This document shows, piece after piece, positions 1 through 10,733 of a DNA stretch of 64,000 nucleotides; position 1 is the stretch's first letter, and the number at the start of each line of letters is the position of its first letter. This DNA comes from a virus, in IMG/VR virus record IMGVR_UViG_3300044681_000281, positions 11,131 through 75,130 of that record, one strand, 5' to 3'. Made by a program: the position numbers and the translations under genes. A model generated the notes under the pieces. The model worked only from the letters and a program-made list of their open reading frames with translations. It did not search any database and was not told the origin of the DNA.

Positions 1-1827
1 TGTAGTGGAACCGAGAGTTTTGACCCTAACTTTAATATCTTTATTTGGGAATCTTACTTGGAAAATCTGATTACTCTTCATAAAAATTGTTGAGTCAGAT
101 TGTGTTATTTGTTTTGTGGTTTCATCCGAATATCCTTGAGATACTTCCGCAACGGAATATTCACCACCTGTTTTACCAAAAACACGTATGTCAACTACGT
201 TTACAATTCCAACAATATCAGATATGGTTTTTTGTAATTCACCAACGAATAGTGGATCGCCCATCTTTCTTTTACTGATGTCGAAAAATTCACCACTTTG
301 TGTGATAACATCTTTTAGAATCTCAGATTGATTGATGTTCTTATCAACCAATAAATCAATTTCTAATCCAAAATCAACAACCTCACCACTTTGAATATCG
401 ATGTAGTCGTTGATCATTCTATAATTTGTTAGGTATCTTAAAATGTTGTTTTTGAGTGTGTTAGATACTGTATCGGTTAAATTACCCTGATCATCATAAG
501 ACAATAATTTAATCTTAACCTTATTATCTTCTTCCATGACATTAACCTTAGCTGGTGCACCAAATGTCGATGGCATCGTCTCAATTAGAGACTTATAGTC
601 GTTTAGGGTTACCGCTCTATTCTGTGCCGCAAAATTGTAACCAACCATATTTCTAATCTCCTCGATAGTGGGTTGGTCTGATCCACCAACCGCAGGGGTT
701 ACGTTTGTTACATTTAGTGATTGAACGACTTGGTTGTTTACGTTTGTAAGTGGTCCACTAACGTTGAATTCAACATTATCGACACTATTGATTACGTTTA
801 CACCTAAGTTTGTGTCTTTACCACCACCAACTCTATATTTTACAAAAAGTGTTGTGTTTGTTTTGGGTGTTGCACCTAACGAAAGGTTATTTAGATATGT
901 TGCCAAATTAACCTTTAACGACCCATCATTAAATGAATCTAAGTTTTCCATTGGGTCAACCGCACCTGAACCAAATGTTACTGACATAAAACCTTCGGGA
1001 GTATACTCACTGATAAATTTGTTTGTTACTCTTTTGTAATCTCCCGCAGTAAAGTTGGCAGTATCTGATGAGGATGTTTTATTTGGAATAAAAACCTTAT
1101 CCTCCATTAAACTTTTTACTTCATACCATCTATTCGTTTCTGATGAAAACTCTGAAGATGTAGGGTTTGATGTAAAATTGGTACCTTCTTTATGAATGAT
1201 AGATGTTACACCCAAAACATTCTGTTCGGGTAAATAAATCTTAAAGAAAGGTTTCTGATCCTGTGTTGAGATTACTCTTCTGAAAATTCTTGACACTCCA
1301 TTCACCACCGCATCTCTTTTGGTGATTGTATAGGATATTAACTTATTGTTCGTGTCAAAATTTGGGATCTTTAATCTATTAGGTTCACCCTTGCTATTGA
1401 ATGGATTTGAGAAGTCAATGTCTTCTATTGTTTCAAATGTTTGTCCTCCACCCGAAACTTGCGCACCCGCTTTAAGGATACCCAAATATCTTTCATCTTC
1501 TTTGTCACCTCTTACAGGGACATTAATAGAAAAATCACATAGAGATACCGAAGGTCTATTACCCGGTATTCTAATACCATAAGTTTTTGCGATATGGAAA
1601 AGAGATCTTCTTTGTTGGGCAAAGTCCAACATAGTTTCTTGCCAAACTCTATCAATATGATAATGTAGGTTGTCACCAATTGCTGCGTTAAGATCCAATA
1701 ACACAGAATATATGGATGCGTCATTGGTATTCTTTATTAAATCAGGGTAGTAATCCTTAGTGAGATTAACTAACTCTTGTCTTAGTCCCGCAAAATCTCT
1801 TTTAGCGTATGAAATCTTTTTTGCCAT
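1..1827 (-). CDS. Baseplate wedge protein, T4 gp6/baseplate J-like (3' end runs off the window)
   Basis: Not in the ORF track because it is truncated. My translation from ATG 1827 gives MAKKISYAKRDFAGLRQELVNLTKDYYPD...FAQQRRSLFHIAKTYG, with later AAQNRAVTLNDYK typical of gp6-like wedges. Directly downstream of a gp25-like gene. Confidence 0.8.
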   Translation of the reverse strand, partial: MAKKISYAKRDFAGLRQELVNLTKDYYPDLIKNTNDASIYSVLLDLNAAIGDNLHYHIDRVWQETMLDFAQQRRSLFHIAKTYGIRIPGNRPSVSLCDFSINVPVRGDKEDERYLGILKAGAQVSGGGQTFETIEDIDFSNPFNSKGEPNRLKIPNFDTNNKLISYTITKRDAVVNGVSRIFRRVISTQDQKPFFKIYLPEQNVLGVTSIIHKEGTNFTSNPTSSEFSSETNRWYEVKSLMEDKVFIPNKTSSSDTANFTAGDYKRVTNKFISEYTPEGFMSVTFGSGAVDPMENLDSFNDGSLKVNLATYLNNLSLGATPKTNTTLFVKYRVGGGKDTNLGVNVINSVDNVEFNVSGPLTNVNNQVVQSLNVTNVTPAVGGSDQPTIEEIRNMVGYNFAAQNRAVTLNDYKSLIETMPSTFGAPAKVNVMEEDNKVKIKLLSYDDQGNLTDTVSNTLKNNILRYLTNYRMINDYIDIQSGEVVDFGLEIDLLVDKNINQSEILKDVITQSGEFFDISKRKMGDPLFVGELQKTISDIVGIVNVVDIRVFGKTGGEYSVAEVSQGYSDETTKQITQSDSTIFMKSNQIFQVRFPNKDIKVRVKTLGSTT

Positions 1828-1828
1828 C

Positions 1829-2281
1829 TTATATGTTAATTATCACAAAATCCGATGATGAAAACGCACCGTTATTTACTGTATAGTCAATTTTGACCTT
1901 TGCCGTATATGGTTTAGTTGACGGATCGGCTAATCTATATAACCTCTCATCTTCGTCTTCATCAACCTTACTCATTGTGTTGGTTTCTTCTTCTGCGGAA
2001 ATAACCTTTATTGAGTTAATATCTAAGTTTGGGAGGTACTTTCTACAACCTTCTCTGATCTCCTCTTCAATTAAATTAAAGGTGATCATATCACTCTGAT
2101 CAAAGATGTATTCATAGATTCTTGTACCAAAATCTGGTAAGAAAAATCTACTCCCTTTTTTAGTTAAGATTAAATGAATAAGATTCGCCCTAACCTCTCT
2201 TTCGGGAGTGGTCGTCATCTTCATATAATCTCCTGTTACACTTTCTCTAAATGGAAAGTCAATACCATAGGTTACTGCCAT
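1829..2281 (-). CDS. Baseplate wedge subunit, gp25/GPW-like
   Basis: GIDFPF...NLIHLILTKKGSRFFLPDFGTRIYEYIFD matches the gp25 T.kGeR...PdFG motif. Start moved to ATG 2281, just after a TATTTAT motif. Confidence 0.85.
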   Translation of the reverse strand: MAVTYGIDFPFRESVTGDYMKMTTTPEREVRANLIHLILTKKGSRFFLPDFGTRIYEYIFDQSDMITFNLIEEEIREGCRKYLPNLDINSIKVISAEEETNTMSKVDEDEDERLYRLADPSTKPYTAKVKIDYTVNNGAFSSSDFVIINI

Positions 2282-2322
2282 ACTAATAAATATATTCATT
2301 AGTAAAATGAGTATAAATAAAA

Positions 2323-2344
2323 AACCCCTCAAAAAAGAGGGGTT
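2323..2344 (-). terminator. Intrinsic terminator after nrdA
   Basis: AACCCCTC-N6-GAGGGGTT stem followed by a T-run on the minus strand. Confidence 0.75.
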
Positions 2345-2368
2345 AAAAAAATAAGTCAAAAAAAACAC

Positions 2369-4822
2369 TTATGAACCACAACCTTCACACTCAAATGGTG
2401 AGTCGTCAGGTCTTATGGTTGGTTGTGATACCATTTCCAACACACTATTATCACTTAAAAGTGAATTAGACGTTGGCATTGGGTTCTCTTTTTGTTCTGT
2501 AACCTCCTCAATAACTTGTTCGGGTTTTGGTTGAGATTTACTCGTATTAACACCTAAACCTTTCAGTGGGTCAACCGCCGAACGTGTTCTTAAGTAATAC
2601 ATACCTGTTTTCAAACCTAATTTCCATCCATGTAAATGTGCTGCCAATAATTTCGCCTTAGTAGCATTACTAATGAATAAGTTTAGAGATTGTGATTGAT
2701 CAATAAATACTGATCTTTTTGCCGCCATATTGAGTAATGTCTTCTGCGACATTTCCCAAACTGTTTTATAGATTTCTTTAATCTCTGTTGGGATTTCGGG
2801 AATGTTCTGAACCGAACCATTTTCCATGATAAGTTTGTCTTTAATCTCATCATTCCATAGTCCTGAATTCATCAATTCTTTAACAAGGTGTTTATTAACT
2901 ACAATAAACTCCCCACCCAATGTTCTTCTCGAATATAAATTAGTTGTGAATGGTTCAAATGCCTCGTTGTTACCTAAAATTTGTGCCGTAGATGCGGTCG
3001 GCATCGGAGCAAATAACAATGAATTTCTCACACCGAAATTAACAACCTCTTTTCTAAGAGACTTCCAATCCCATCTTCCTGATAAATCACCATCCTTAAG
3101 TCCCCACATTTGATATTGAAAAATACCCTTTTCAATTGGTGAACCTGAAATGCTCTCATATGGACCAACTTCTTTGGATAGGTCTTTTGAAGATGTCATT
3201 GCCGCAAAGTAGATAGTCTCAAAAATATCAGTCTGTAGTGTATCCGCCATATCACTTTCAAAAGGAATACGTAATGTACAGAATACATCCGCCAATCCTT
3301 GAACACCTAAACCAATTGGTCTATGTCTAAAGTTAGATCTCTTAGTTTCTTCTGTTGGATAGAAGTTAAGGTCAATGACATTATTAAGGTTTCTAACTAC
3401 TTGATATACATATTCATACAATAGTTGATGGTTGAATTCTCCATCAATGATATACTTAGGTAACGCAATTGATGCGAGATTACAAACCGCCTGTTCTGTT
3501 GGTGAACTGTATTCAATGATCTCAGTACATAAGTTGGACGATTTAATTGTACCCAAATTCTTTTGGTTAGATTTAGCGTTAGCTGAATCCTTATACAACA
3601 TATAAGGTGTACCAGTCTCAATCTGTGCGGTGAGAATCGCATCCATTAACTTTCTCGCCTTAACAACTCGTCTACCTCGACCCTCACTTTCATACTGTTC
3701 GTATAATTGGGTAAAGTCTTTACTCTCAGGTGAATCATATACATCTGATAATCCCGGTGCTTCGTTTGGTGAGAATAGTGTCCAATCCCCATCCTCTTCG
3801 ACTCTTTTCATGAAGAGGTCCGGTGTCCACATCGCAAGGAACAAATCTCTTGCCCTCATTTCTTCTTTACCGTGATTTTTTCTGAGTTCAATGAAGTCAA
3901 ATACGTCGGCATGCCATGGTTCCAAATAAATCGCAAAGGAACCCTTTCTTTTACCCCCTTGGTTAATCCATCGAGCAACCTCATTATAGGTTTTCATCAT
4001 AGGGATGAGACCGTCTGATTCCCCTCCCGTACCTTTAATGTACGAACCTTTCGCTCTTACATCGTGAACGTGAAGTCCAATACCTCCCGCCCATTTAGAG
4101 ATGTTCGCAACATCTTTAATGGTCTCAAACAAACCATTAATATCGTCACCCTTATTCCCAATTAAGAAACAAGATGACATCTGTGCTCTTCTTGTTCCCG
4201 CATTAAACAGTGTTGGTGTTGCGTGTGTGTAGAAGTGTTGTGAGAGATCATCATAAATACGTAATCCCATTTCAAGATCATTATTACAAATCCCTAATGC
4301 GACCCTCATATACATATACTGAGGTCTCTCAACAATATGGTCACTTATTCTAAGTAAGTAAGATCTCTCTAATGTTTTGAATCCGAAATAATCAAAATCA
4401 AAATCTCTTTCTTGTACAATTGCACCGTCAATAGCGGCACGGTTCTTCATAACAAACTCATATAGTTCGTCAGAAATTAATGAAGACTCAACACCTGTTC
4501 TCGGTTCAATAAAAGAATACAATTCCTTGATTCCTTGCGAAAACTTTTTAGGTGTTGTTTTATGTAAGTTAGTAACGGCAATACGTCCCGCTAATCTTGC
4601 ATAGTCAGGATGTGTCGTTGTCATTGATGCTGCGGTCTCCGCAGCTAATGTGTCTAACTCTGTAGTTGATATTCCGTCATAGATACCTTGAGTTACTTTC
4701 AAAGTAATATATGTTGGGTCTACATATTCTAAATTTAAGTCAGAACACAAGGCAGAAATTCTCCTTGTGATCTTATCATATCTCATTTCCTCTAAGGAAC
4801 CGTCTCTCTTTTTTACCTTCAT
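2369..4822 (-). CDS. nrdA: Ribonucleotide reductase class Ia large subunit with N-terminal ATP cone
   Basis: VKKRDG ATP cone, ATPTLFNAG, SSCFL, SNLCTEI, APMPTASTAQILG, KTGMYYLRT and a C-terminal CEGC cysteine pair. Confidence 0.97.
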   Translation of the reverse strand: MKVKKRDGSLEEMRYDKITRRISALCSDLNLEYVDPTYITLKVTQGIYDGISTTELDTLAAETAASMTTTHPDYARLAGRIAVTNLHKTTPKKFSQGIKELYSFIEPRTGVESSLISDELYEFVMKNRAAIDGAIVQERDFDFDYFGFKTLERSYLLRISDHIVERPQYMYMRVALGICNNDLEMGLRIYDDLSQHFYTHATPTLFNAGTRRAQMSSCFLIGNKGDDINGLFETIKDVANISKWAGGIGLHVHDVRAKGSYIKGTGGESDGLIPMMKTYNEVARWINQGGKRKGSFAIYLEPWHADVFDFIELRKNHGKEEMRARDLFLAMWTPDLFMKRVEEDGDWTLFSPNEAPGLSDVYDSPESKDFTQLYEQYESEGRGRRVVKARKLMDAILTAQIETGTPYMLYKDSANAKSNQKNLGTIKSSNLCTEIIEYSSPTEQAVCNLASIALPKYIIDGEFNHQLLYEYVYQVVRNLNNVIDLNFYPTEETKRSNFRHRPIGLGVQGLADVFCTLRIPFESDMADTLQTDIFETIYFAAMTSSKDLSKEVGPYESISGSPIEKGIFQYQMWGLKDGDLSGRWDWKSLRKEVVNFGVRNSLLFAPMPTASTAQILGNNEAFEPFTTNLYSRRTLGGEFIVVNKHLVKELMNSGLWNDEIKDKLIMENGSVQNIPEIPTEIKEIYKTVWEMSQKTLLNMAAKRSVFIDQSQSLNLFISNATKAKLLAAHLHGWKLGLKTGMYYLRTRSAVDPLKGLGVNTSKSQPKPEQVIEEVTEQKENPMPTSNSLLSDNSVLEMVSQPTIRPDDSPFECEGCGS

Positions 4823-4837
4823 CGTTGTTCAAATATT

Positions 4838-5812
4838 TTAAAAGTCCATATCACCGAACGCAGAATCAAGGTCCTCCTCGGTTTCTTTATTCACACCCGC
4901 CTTTTGGTATTCAGCAACTCTCTTTTCAAAGAAGTTGGTTTTACCTTGAAGTGCTATGTTTTGCATGAAATCAAATGGGTTCTCAGAATTGAAGTGTTTT
5001 GGAACACCTAAAGAATCCAACAATCTATCGGTCACAAACTCTAAGTATTGAGACATTAAATCGGAGTTCATTCCAATCAATCTAACAGGTAATGCTTCGA
5101 GAATAAACTCTTTTTCGATTTCTAATGCCGATAAGATAATTTCCTTAATTCTCTTATGTGATAATTTTTTCTCAATGTGACTATTGTAAAGATGACAAGC
5201 AAAGTCACAGTGAAGACCCTCATCACGAGAGATAAGTTCATTAGAGAAGGTTAAACCTGGCATTAATCCTCTTTTCTTTAACCAAAAGATTGAACAGAAA
5301 GAACCAGAAAAGAAAATACCTTCAACCGCAGCAAATGCAATTAATCTTTCTGCGAACGAGTCAGACTCGATCCAACGAAGTGCCCATGTTGCCTTTTTCT
5401 GAATTGCGGGAATCGTTTCAATTGCATTAAACAAATGATTTTGTTCTTCGGGATCTTTAATATAGGTATCTATCAACAAAGAATATGTCTCACTATGGAT
5501 GTTCTCCATTGCGATTTGGAAACCATAGAAAAACTTCGCCTCAGTATATTGTACTTCATTTACGAAGTTCTCTGCGAGATTCTCATTAACAATACCATCA
5601 GACGCAGCAAAGAATGCCAAAACATGTTTGACGAAGTGTCTTTCATCGTCATTTAATTTGTTGGCCCAATCACTAATGTCTTGCATTAGATCAATTTCTT
5701 CTGCGGTCCAAAAGGATGCTTCTTGTTGTTTATAGAACTTCCATATGTCATGGTGTTCGATAGGAAAGAGGACGAAACGTCCAGGATTTTCTTGTAAAAT
5801 CTTCTCAGTCAT
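4838..5812 (-). CDS. nrdB: Ribonucleotide reductase class Ia small subunit
   Basis: [29 protein letters not shown] (radical Tyr), [17 protein letters not shown] di-iron ligands. Confidence 0.97.
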   Translation of the reverse strand: MTEKILQENPGRFVLFPIEHHDIWKFYKQQEASFWTAEEIDLMQDISDWANKLNDDERHFVKHVLAFFAASDGIVNENLAENFVNEVQYTEAKFFYGFQIAMENIHSETYSLLIDTYIKDPEEQNHLFNAIETIPAIQKKATWALRWIESDSFAERLIAFAAVEGIFFSGSFCSIFWLKKRGLMPGLTFSNELISRDEGLHCDFACHLYNSHIEKKLSHKRIKEIILSALEIEKEFILEALPVRLIGMNSDLMSQYLEFVTDRLLDSLGVPKHFNSENPFDFMQNIALQGKTNFFEKRVAEYQKAGVNKETEEDLDSAFGDMDF

Positions 5813-5834
5813 CTTTATAAATTTATTCTATTGA

Positions 5835-7226
5835 TTATTGAATGCCGTGTGTCTTTTTGTAAATGTCGGCCGCCCTATTTACACCAATCTCTTCTTTTCG
5901 TTTTTGGTGACCCAATAGAGTTTCTTGTTCAGTAACATCAATCTCTAAGTACTCATTGTCAAACTTACAATTCACGAAGTTGACACCGTCTCTACCTATT
6001 CTTGATTTAACTAATGTTACGTTTGCGGTTTTGTTTTCTTTTTGTTCCAAACTTTTTGCGACAGAAATAATCACGTGTGCGGATTGTGCCTTCTTGATAG
6101 ACCCACCCATATCGTCAACATTTACAATATCTGCCGAGATAGAGTTTCTGTTACCTTGTGCTGCTGTCCAAATTGCGACATTAAGTTCCGCACACATAGA
6201 CTCAACAGATCTAATAACACTACCTTCTCCTTTCCATTCCTCTCCAAAGACACCTTTATCTGATGAGACACAATCAATGTAATCGATTACTATCATGTCA
6301 GGTTGAAATCCTTGGGATTCTAATTTCCTAAGTTTTCTTCTAATCTCACCAACCGTAGTTCTATCACTTTCCATTTTAATTAACTTAAGTGAACCAAAAT
6401 TTGGTGATGATGTAACTTCCTCAACCTTACTTAATACATAGTCTTTGTTTTCCTGTGATTCTGTTTGCCAATCACTTGGTTTACCTGACCAAATCGTATA
6501 GTGTTTCTTAATGATTTCAGATTGTCTATCCTCAAAGAAAATATGTACAACCTTAAAACCGCAGTTAGCCGCGGTATTGGCGAACTTTGTTAAGATTGTA
6601 GATTTACCTACACCGGTTGGTGCGATGACCATACCTAACTCTCCGTGACCTAAACCACCTTTTAAGAGGTCATCTAATCCACGAATACCTGTCGGTATCG
6701 GTGTTCTTGTATCCTTTTCTAAAGCGGATGCCATATCCTCTAAAATGTCTTTAATATCGTCATCGGTAGTACCAACTTGAAGTGCCTCAACAATCATGTC
6801 TTGGATCTTCTCGTAGTTTTGGAACTCACCATTATGGGCGATATCATTAACCTTCTTTAGAGTTTTAATAAGGTTTTGTTGTTTACAGAAATTAAGTGCG
6901 GTGTCCTTCACATATGTTGGACCTACAATCGCATCCTCTAAGTTTTCAATCTCCATCAAAGTATCCGAGTGAAGTCTGCCCGCTATTGGGTTAGAGGCAG
7001 TATCCTCCATGATCTTCTGTTTTACCGTGACGTAATTTGGTATCTTTCTATATGTGTCCGTTAACTCTTTGATATTTTGTACAATATATTTGAATGAATT
7101 ATTGTCAAAATACTTACTCTCCAATACCTCAATAATTTGTTCTCCGTACTTGGGATCTTCTATAATGGACTTTATTAATACTTGTTGAAATTGATTACCT
7201 AGTTTATTAAAATTCTGTTCTGTCAT
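5835..7226 (-). CDS. Replicative DnaB-like (T4 gp41-type) helicase
   Basis: TGIRGLDDLLKGGL, Walker A APTGVGKST, IVIDYID, WTAAQGNR, KSRIG. Confidence 0.9.
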   Translation of the reverse strand: MTEQNFNKLGNQFQQVLIKSIIEDPKYGEQIIEVLESKYFDNNSFKYIVQNIKELTDTYRKIPNYVTVKQKIMEDTASNPIAGRLHSDTLMEIENLEDAIVGPTYVKDTALNFCKQQNLIKTLKKVNDIAHNGEFQNYEKIQDMIVEALQVGTTDDDIKDILEDMASALEKDTRTPIPTGIRGLDDLLKGGLGHGELGMVIAPTGVGKSTILTKFANTAANCGFKVVHIFFEDRQSEIIKKHYTIWSGKPSDWQTESQENKDYVLSKVEEVTSSPNFGSLKLIKMESDRTTVGEIRRKLRKLESQGFQPDMIVIDYIDCVSSDKGVFGEEWKGEGSVIRSVESMCAELNVAIWTAAQGNRNSISADIVNVDDMGGSIKKAQSAHVIISVAKSLEQKENKTANVTLVKSRIGRDGVNFVNCKFDNEYLEIDVTEQETLLGHQKRKEEIGVNRAADIYKKTHGIQ

Positions 7227-7257
7227 TGTTCAATATTTTACTTTCTTTTTGTTTTTT

Positions 7258-7704
7258 TTATAATTCGTAATTGAGGTATTTTCTCTCTAATTTTGTTGAA
7301 GATAAGGTCTCACTGAGGGTACCTAAAATTCTTCTTAGTTGAGGACGGATGTCCACCGCATATCTAACTTTCGGATGAAAGATGTGTGCGGGGAATGTCC
7401 TTGAAATAAATACATCGTCATTCTGCTTAATCTCTAGTAAGAAGTACTCGTCAGGGTCCGGTCCTTCGTTGTTCGAAGGGTCGAAAACAGGAAAATAATT
7501 TTGATTGTCGTGTAGATATTCCAAAGTTTTTTCTTTCAAATTGAATGAAATTTCTTCACAAATATTTTTAACATTGTCGTGAATGTCTAAAGATCGTCTC
7601 GCGTCAGGGTTGAAGTTTCTGACATTGAAGAATCTCTGTACAATAATGTTACCCTCGAGGGTTAACAAGAATTCGCATTTGGTCGTGTCGTTATTAGTAC
7701 TCAT
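7258..7704 (-). CDS. Hypothetical protein in the replication operon
   Basis: 148-aa ORF overlapping the exonuclease stop; no recognisable motif. Confidence 0.75.
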   Translation of the reverse strand: MSTNNDTTKCEFLLTLEGNIIVQRFFNVRNFNPDARRSLDIHDNVKNICEEISFNLKEKTLEYLHDNQNYFPVFDPSNNEGPDPDEYFLLEIKQNDDVFISRTFPAHIFHPKVRYAVDIRPQLRRILGTLSETLSSTKLERKYLNYEL

Positions 7705-8713
7705 CGCTTTTAAATTTTATTATTCTTTTATTTTTTTCCTTACGGGTTAATCGTAAGAAAGGGTTTAGGAAATTAACCCACGCATCATCAGACTTCGGTA
7801 GGACAGTAAAGAGTCCATCTTCCATCATCATCTTCATGGTGTTCTTATAGGATCTACCTTCAGGATCTAAATCTTCGTGGATTAATGAGGTAATTGTTTC
7901 TGTTGCCTCTTCGGTTAAGAATGGGGAATCCAAACTCACTATACTTTCGTTTAATGAAAAAAATTCCTCACCAAATACCCCATATTTTGTAACACCTGTT
8001 AATAAATTTTTAACCGTATTGTTATGTTTATCTTCTTCGAACATCTCGTTGGACTTATCAATAACATTTTGAATTGTCATTGGTCTTTCCTTAACCTCAG
8101 GGAACATTGAAATGAATTTTTTAATTCCCATGTTTTTTATCCCTGCGATGTTGTCAGAACGATCACCACATATCATCTTGACGATTTTAACGTTCTGTAT
8201 GTGGATATCTTCGTTATCATAAGGTATGATATCGTTTTGTTCATAAAGTCGTCTATGGGAGGGGTTATAGACCTTCACATTGTCCGACACTAACTGTGTC
8301 AAATCACCATCTGAAGAATAAATTATACAATTCTCTTCTGTGTTTTGGACATAGTATGCAACACAGTCGTCTGTTTCACAAAATTCAAATTCTCCTTGTC
8401 TAACATAGAGTTCCTCCAAGTATTGTTGGACTCTTCTTCTTTGTTTAGTGTAGGATTGTTTTTCGTTATCAGACCGTACTCTTTCTCTACGATTTTCCTT
8501 GTAACGAGAATACATTTTTTTACGAGTAGCGGCACCATCCTCGCCATCCCAAAAAACCACAATCTTATCAAGTCTGTAGTTTTCAAATGATCTCCTTAGG
8601 GTATTAAGGAAGTGGTAGATTCCACCAATGTGTTCTCCCTTATAGAAGTAATTTTTTACCCCAAAAAAACCGATAGTAAGTAAGTTATCTCCGTCTACTA
8701 ATAAAACTGACAT
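7694..8713 (-). CDS. 5'-3' exonuclease / T4 RNase H-like flap nuclease
   Basis: LLVDGDNL, VFWDG, YKENR, ETDD, SSDGDLTQL, GDRSDNIAGI (H3TH motif). Confidence 0.92.
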   Translation of the reverse strand: MSVLLVDGDNLLTIGFFGVKNYFYKGEHIGGIYHFLNTLRRSFENYRLDKIVVFWDGEDGAATRKKMYSRYKENRRERVRSDNEKQSYTKQRRRVQQYLEELYVRQGEFEFCETDDCVAYYVQNTEENCIIYSSDGDLTQLVSDNVKVYNPSHRRLYEQNDIIPYDNEDIHIQNVKIVKMICGDRSDNIAGIKNMGIKKFISMFPEVKERPMTIQNVIDKSNEMFEEDKHNNTVKNLLTGVTKYGVFGEEFFSLNESIVSLDSPFLTEEATETITSLIHEDLDPEGRSYKNTMKMMMEDGLFTVLPKSDDAWVNFLNPFLRLTRKEKNKRIIKFKSDEY

Positions 8714-8742
8714 TATAAACCTTTTAAAGGTTCAACATATTT

Positions 8743-9744
8743 TCAATCTCCGTCTTCCTCACGAATATCAAAGTCACCACCTTCACCAAGTTGGTTCTTC
8801 CAATAATCGGAGTATTCACTCTTGTATTGTTCTAACGATTTCTTCTCATCAGTCGCATCTTTTCCTTTAAGGAATCCATGTGCGGTGACGATAATTCTAC
8901 CATCCTCGTAACCAAGACCATTTACGTGGTTTTTCATAATGGAAATCTTACTCTTAGTTGCGAACTTTACTTTTCTACCACCTTTAACGGCTGAGATAGG
9001 ATTAGTACCCGCATTTTTCTGATTCCCAAAACGGAAGACCAATGTAGAATTTAACCAAACCGACTCCCCACCTTTTGCTTTAATCTTAGGTTGACCAAAT
9101 GGATTGTCAGGTAATTCTACCCATGGTTGGTTTACAATAACCAATGTGTTCGTGTAAGGTGAGTCTGTACGTCTTGAACCTGAAATTCTTTGGTTTAGAC
9201 CCATTCCAATCTTATCAGATAATACTGATGCGTTGTGTTGTTTACCCCCTTTACCATCAAATGTCATTTTACATGGAACGGAACCAACCGAATCCCACAT
9301 AAACAACATATCATATTCGATTTCACCTTTCTTTTGTGCATCCAATAATTCATTGATATAATCCGTGATTTGTTCAATGTATTCGAATTGGTTGTTAAAA
9401 AGGAAGAATCCATCGTATTCAATTTCACCTGTTTCTTCATCGACCACTTCTTCAACTTCAAGACCCATCAACTTTGCGTGAGGGAAGTCCCATTTTTGTT
9501 CTGTGATAATGAATACAGGTAAAATACCTTTCTTTTGTGCGTCGACCGCAGTTTTAACCAGTGCAGTTGTTTTTCCTGTATCAGAATGTCCTAAGAACAT
9601 GTTGATGTGACCCATAGCGGGACCGGGTAAACCTGTGGCATCTAAGAACGCATCTCCTAAATCAAAAAACTTATCAGACTTAAACTTCGCCTGAACTGAG
9701 AATTTTGATTTGATACTTTTAAAATCTTTTTTCTTGATTGCCAT
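8743..9744 (-). CDS. uvsX: RecA/UvsX-like recombinase
   Basis: Walker A GHSDTGKTT, Walker B FMWDSVGS, IVNQ, KAKGG. Confidence 0.88.
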   Translation of the reverse strand: MAIKKKDFKSIKSKFSVQAKFKSDKFFDLGDAFLDATGLPGPAMGHINMFLGHSDTGKTTALVKTAVDAQKKGILPVFIITEQKWDFPHAKLMGLEVEEVVDEETGEIEYDGFFLFNNQFEYIEQITDYINELLDAQKKGEIEYDMLFMWDSVGSVPCKMTFDGKGGKQHNASVLSDKIGMGLNQRISGSRRTDSPYTNTLVIVNQPWVELPDNPFGQPKIKAKGGESVWLNSTLVFRFGNQKNAGTNPISAVKGGRKVKFATKSKISIMKNHVNGLGYEDGRIIVTAHGFLKGKDATDEKKSLEQYKSEYSDYWKNQLGEGGDFDIREEDGD

Positions 9745-9760
9745 AACTCTTATATAAAAA

Positions 9761-9840
9761 GGGTCCCCAACCTCGGGGCCGACTGAGTCGGTTTAACTCC
9801 ACCAGATGTTTCCATCAAATTTTTTGTGAGGTGGGGACCC
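9761..9840 (-). ncRNA. Candidate structured cis-regulatory RNA / attenuator between ssb and recA
   Basis: GC-rich outer stem GGGTCCCCACCTC/GAGG(T)TGGGGACCC enclosing GATG-GAAA-CATC and CCGAC-TCA-GTCGG hairpins, followed by a U-run. Confidence 0.55.
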
Positions 9841-9850
9841 ATAGGTTTAA

Positions 9851-10705
9851 TTAAAATGGTAGATCATCATCAACCTCTGAATCTGTTTGTGGGTCTTCTA
9901 CTTCAACTGTTGGGTTTAACTTAGTTGTAGAACCACCAAAATCATTTTCAGATTCTGAGTTTGACACATATTTTTTCGCTTCTGAATCCCAAACAGGTAC
10001 TTCACCCATTGCGACCATCTCCAAGTACTCTAAAGGTTTAACTGAATAAACTTCTCTCCAAGTATCCTCATCGTTGATCCATTCGTTTGCGATTTCAGGA
10101 TCGGTATGTAAAGGAGACTTATCTTCTTGAATGATAGAGTTAATTGTGGTATACTCTCTACCGTTTGGTGCTTTGTTAAGAGTCAATGAAAGAATCAAAT
10201 CACGACCTTCATTCAGATCAGTGATATCACCCTTACTTCTGATGATAGGAATGATTTTATCCAATGGTCCATCACCTTTGTAGTTGTGTTTGAATCTCCA
10301 AAACTTAGGTCCGTCCGATTCGTTATCTCTATCGATAACTTTTACAATGTAGAACTTACGTGCTCTGTAGTTTCGTGCCAATACTTTGTCACTTTCTACC
10401 CCTGTAGATTCTAAAGATTTACGAACCTCATTTAGTGGAGATCTTTCCCCATCCTGTGCAGGATCGTAAATTTTTAACCACTTACCATTCACTTGGATTT
10501 CATGGAAATCAACTTCTTTGAAACAAGAAGTCCCGTCGGTAGTTGGGAGGATTCTAATTCTCTTTTGTGCTGAGGTTGAACCTTTAGGTAAGATAGTTGT
10601 GAAGTACTTTTTTAGTCGATCTTCACTCGACATTTTGTTGCCGCTTGCGGCAGGTTGCGTGTTCTTCTGATATTGAGAAAGAATCGCATCAATTGAATTT
10701 GTCAT
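9851..10705 (-). CDS. Single-stranded DNA-binding protein, T4 gp32-like
   Basis: RIRILP, FHEI, YIVKVIDRD, DITDLNEGRDL and an acidic tail ending DDDLPF. Confidence 0.85.
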   Translation of the reverse strand: MTNSIDAILSQYQKNTQPAASGNKMSSEDRLKKYFTTILPKGSTSAQKRIRILPTTDGTSCFKEVDFHEIQVNGKWLKIYDPAQDGERSPLNEVRKSLESTGVESDKVLARNYRARKFYIVKVIDRDNESDGPKFWRFKHNYKGDGPLDKIIPIIRSKGDITDLNEGRDLILSLTLNKAPNGREYTTINSIIQEDKSPLHTDPEIANEWINDEDTWREVYSVKPLEYLEMVAMGEVPVWDSEAKKYVSNSESENDFGGSTTKLNPTVEVEDPQTDSEVDDDLPF

Positions 10706-10733
10706 GATATATAAATTATTTAATTGTGTATAT

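Noticed and set aside
2282-2368. N-terminal extensions given by the ORF track (also 31145-31213, 46380-46406, 62117-62146)
   Set aside because: They run through terminator or promoter sequences; the downstream ATG directly after TATTTAT is more plausible in each case.
2369-7226. Inteins or group I introns in nrdA, nrdB or the helicase (also checked the polymerase)
   Set aside because: ORFs are continuous and of ordinary length, with no intein splice or homing endonuclease motifs seen.
9761-9840. Hammerhead or other known ribozyme/riboswitch identity for the ssb-recA element
   Set aside because: There is no CUGAnGA core or other consensus I recognise on either strand, so it is kept only as an unassigned structured element.
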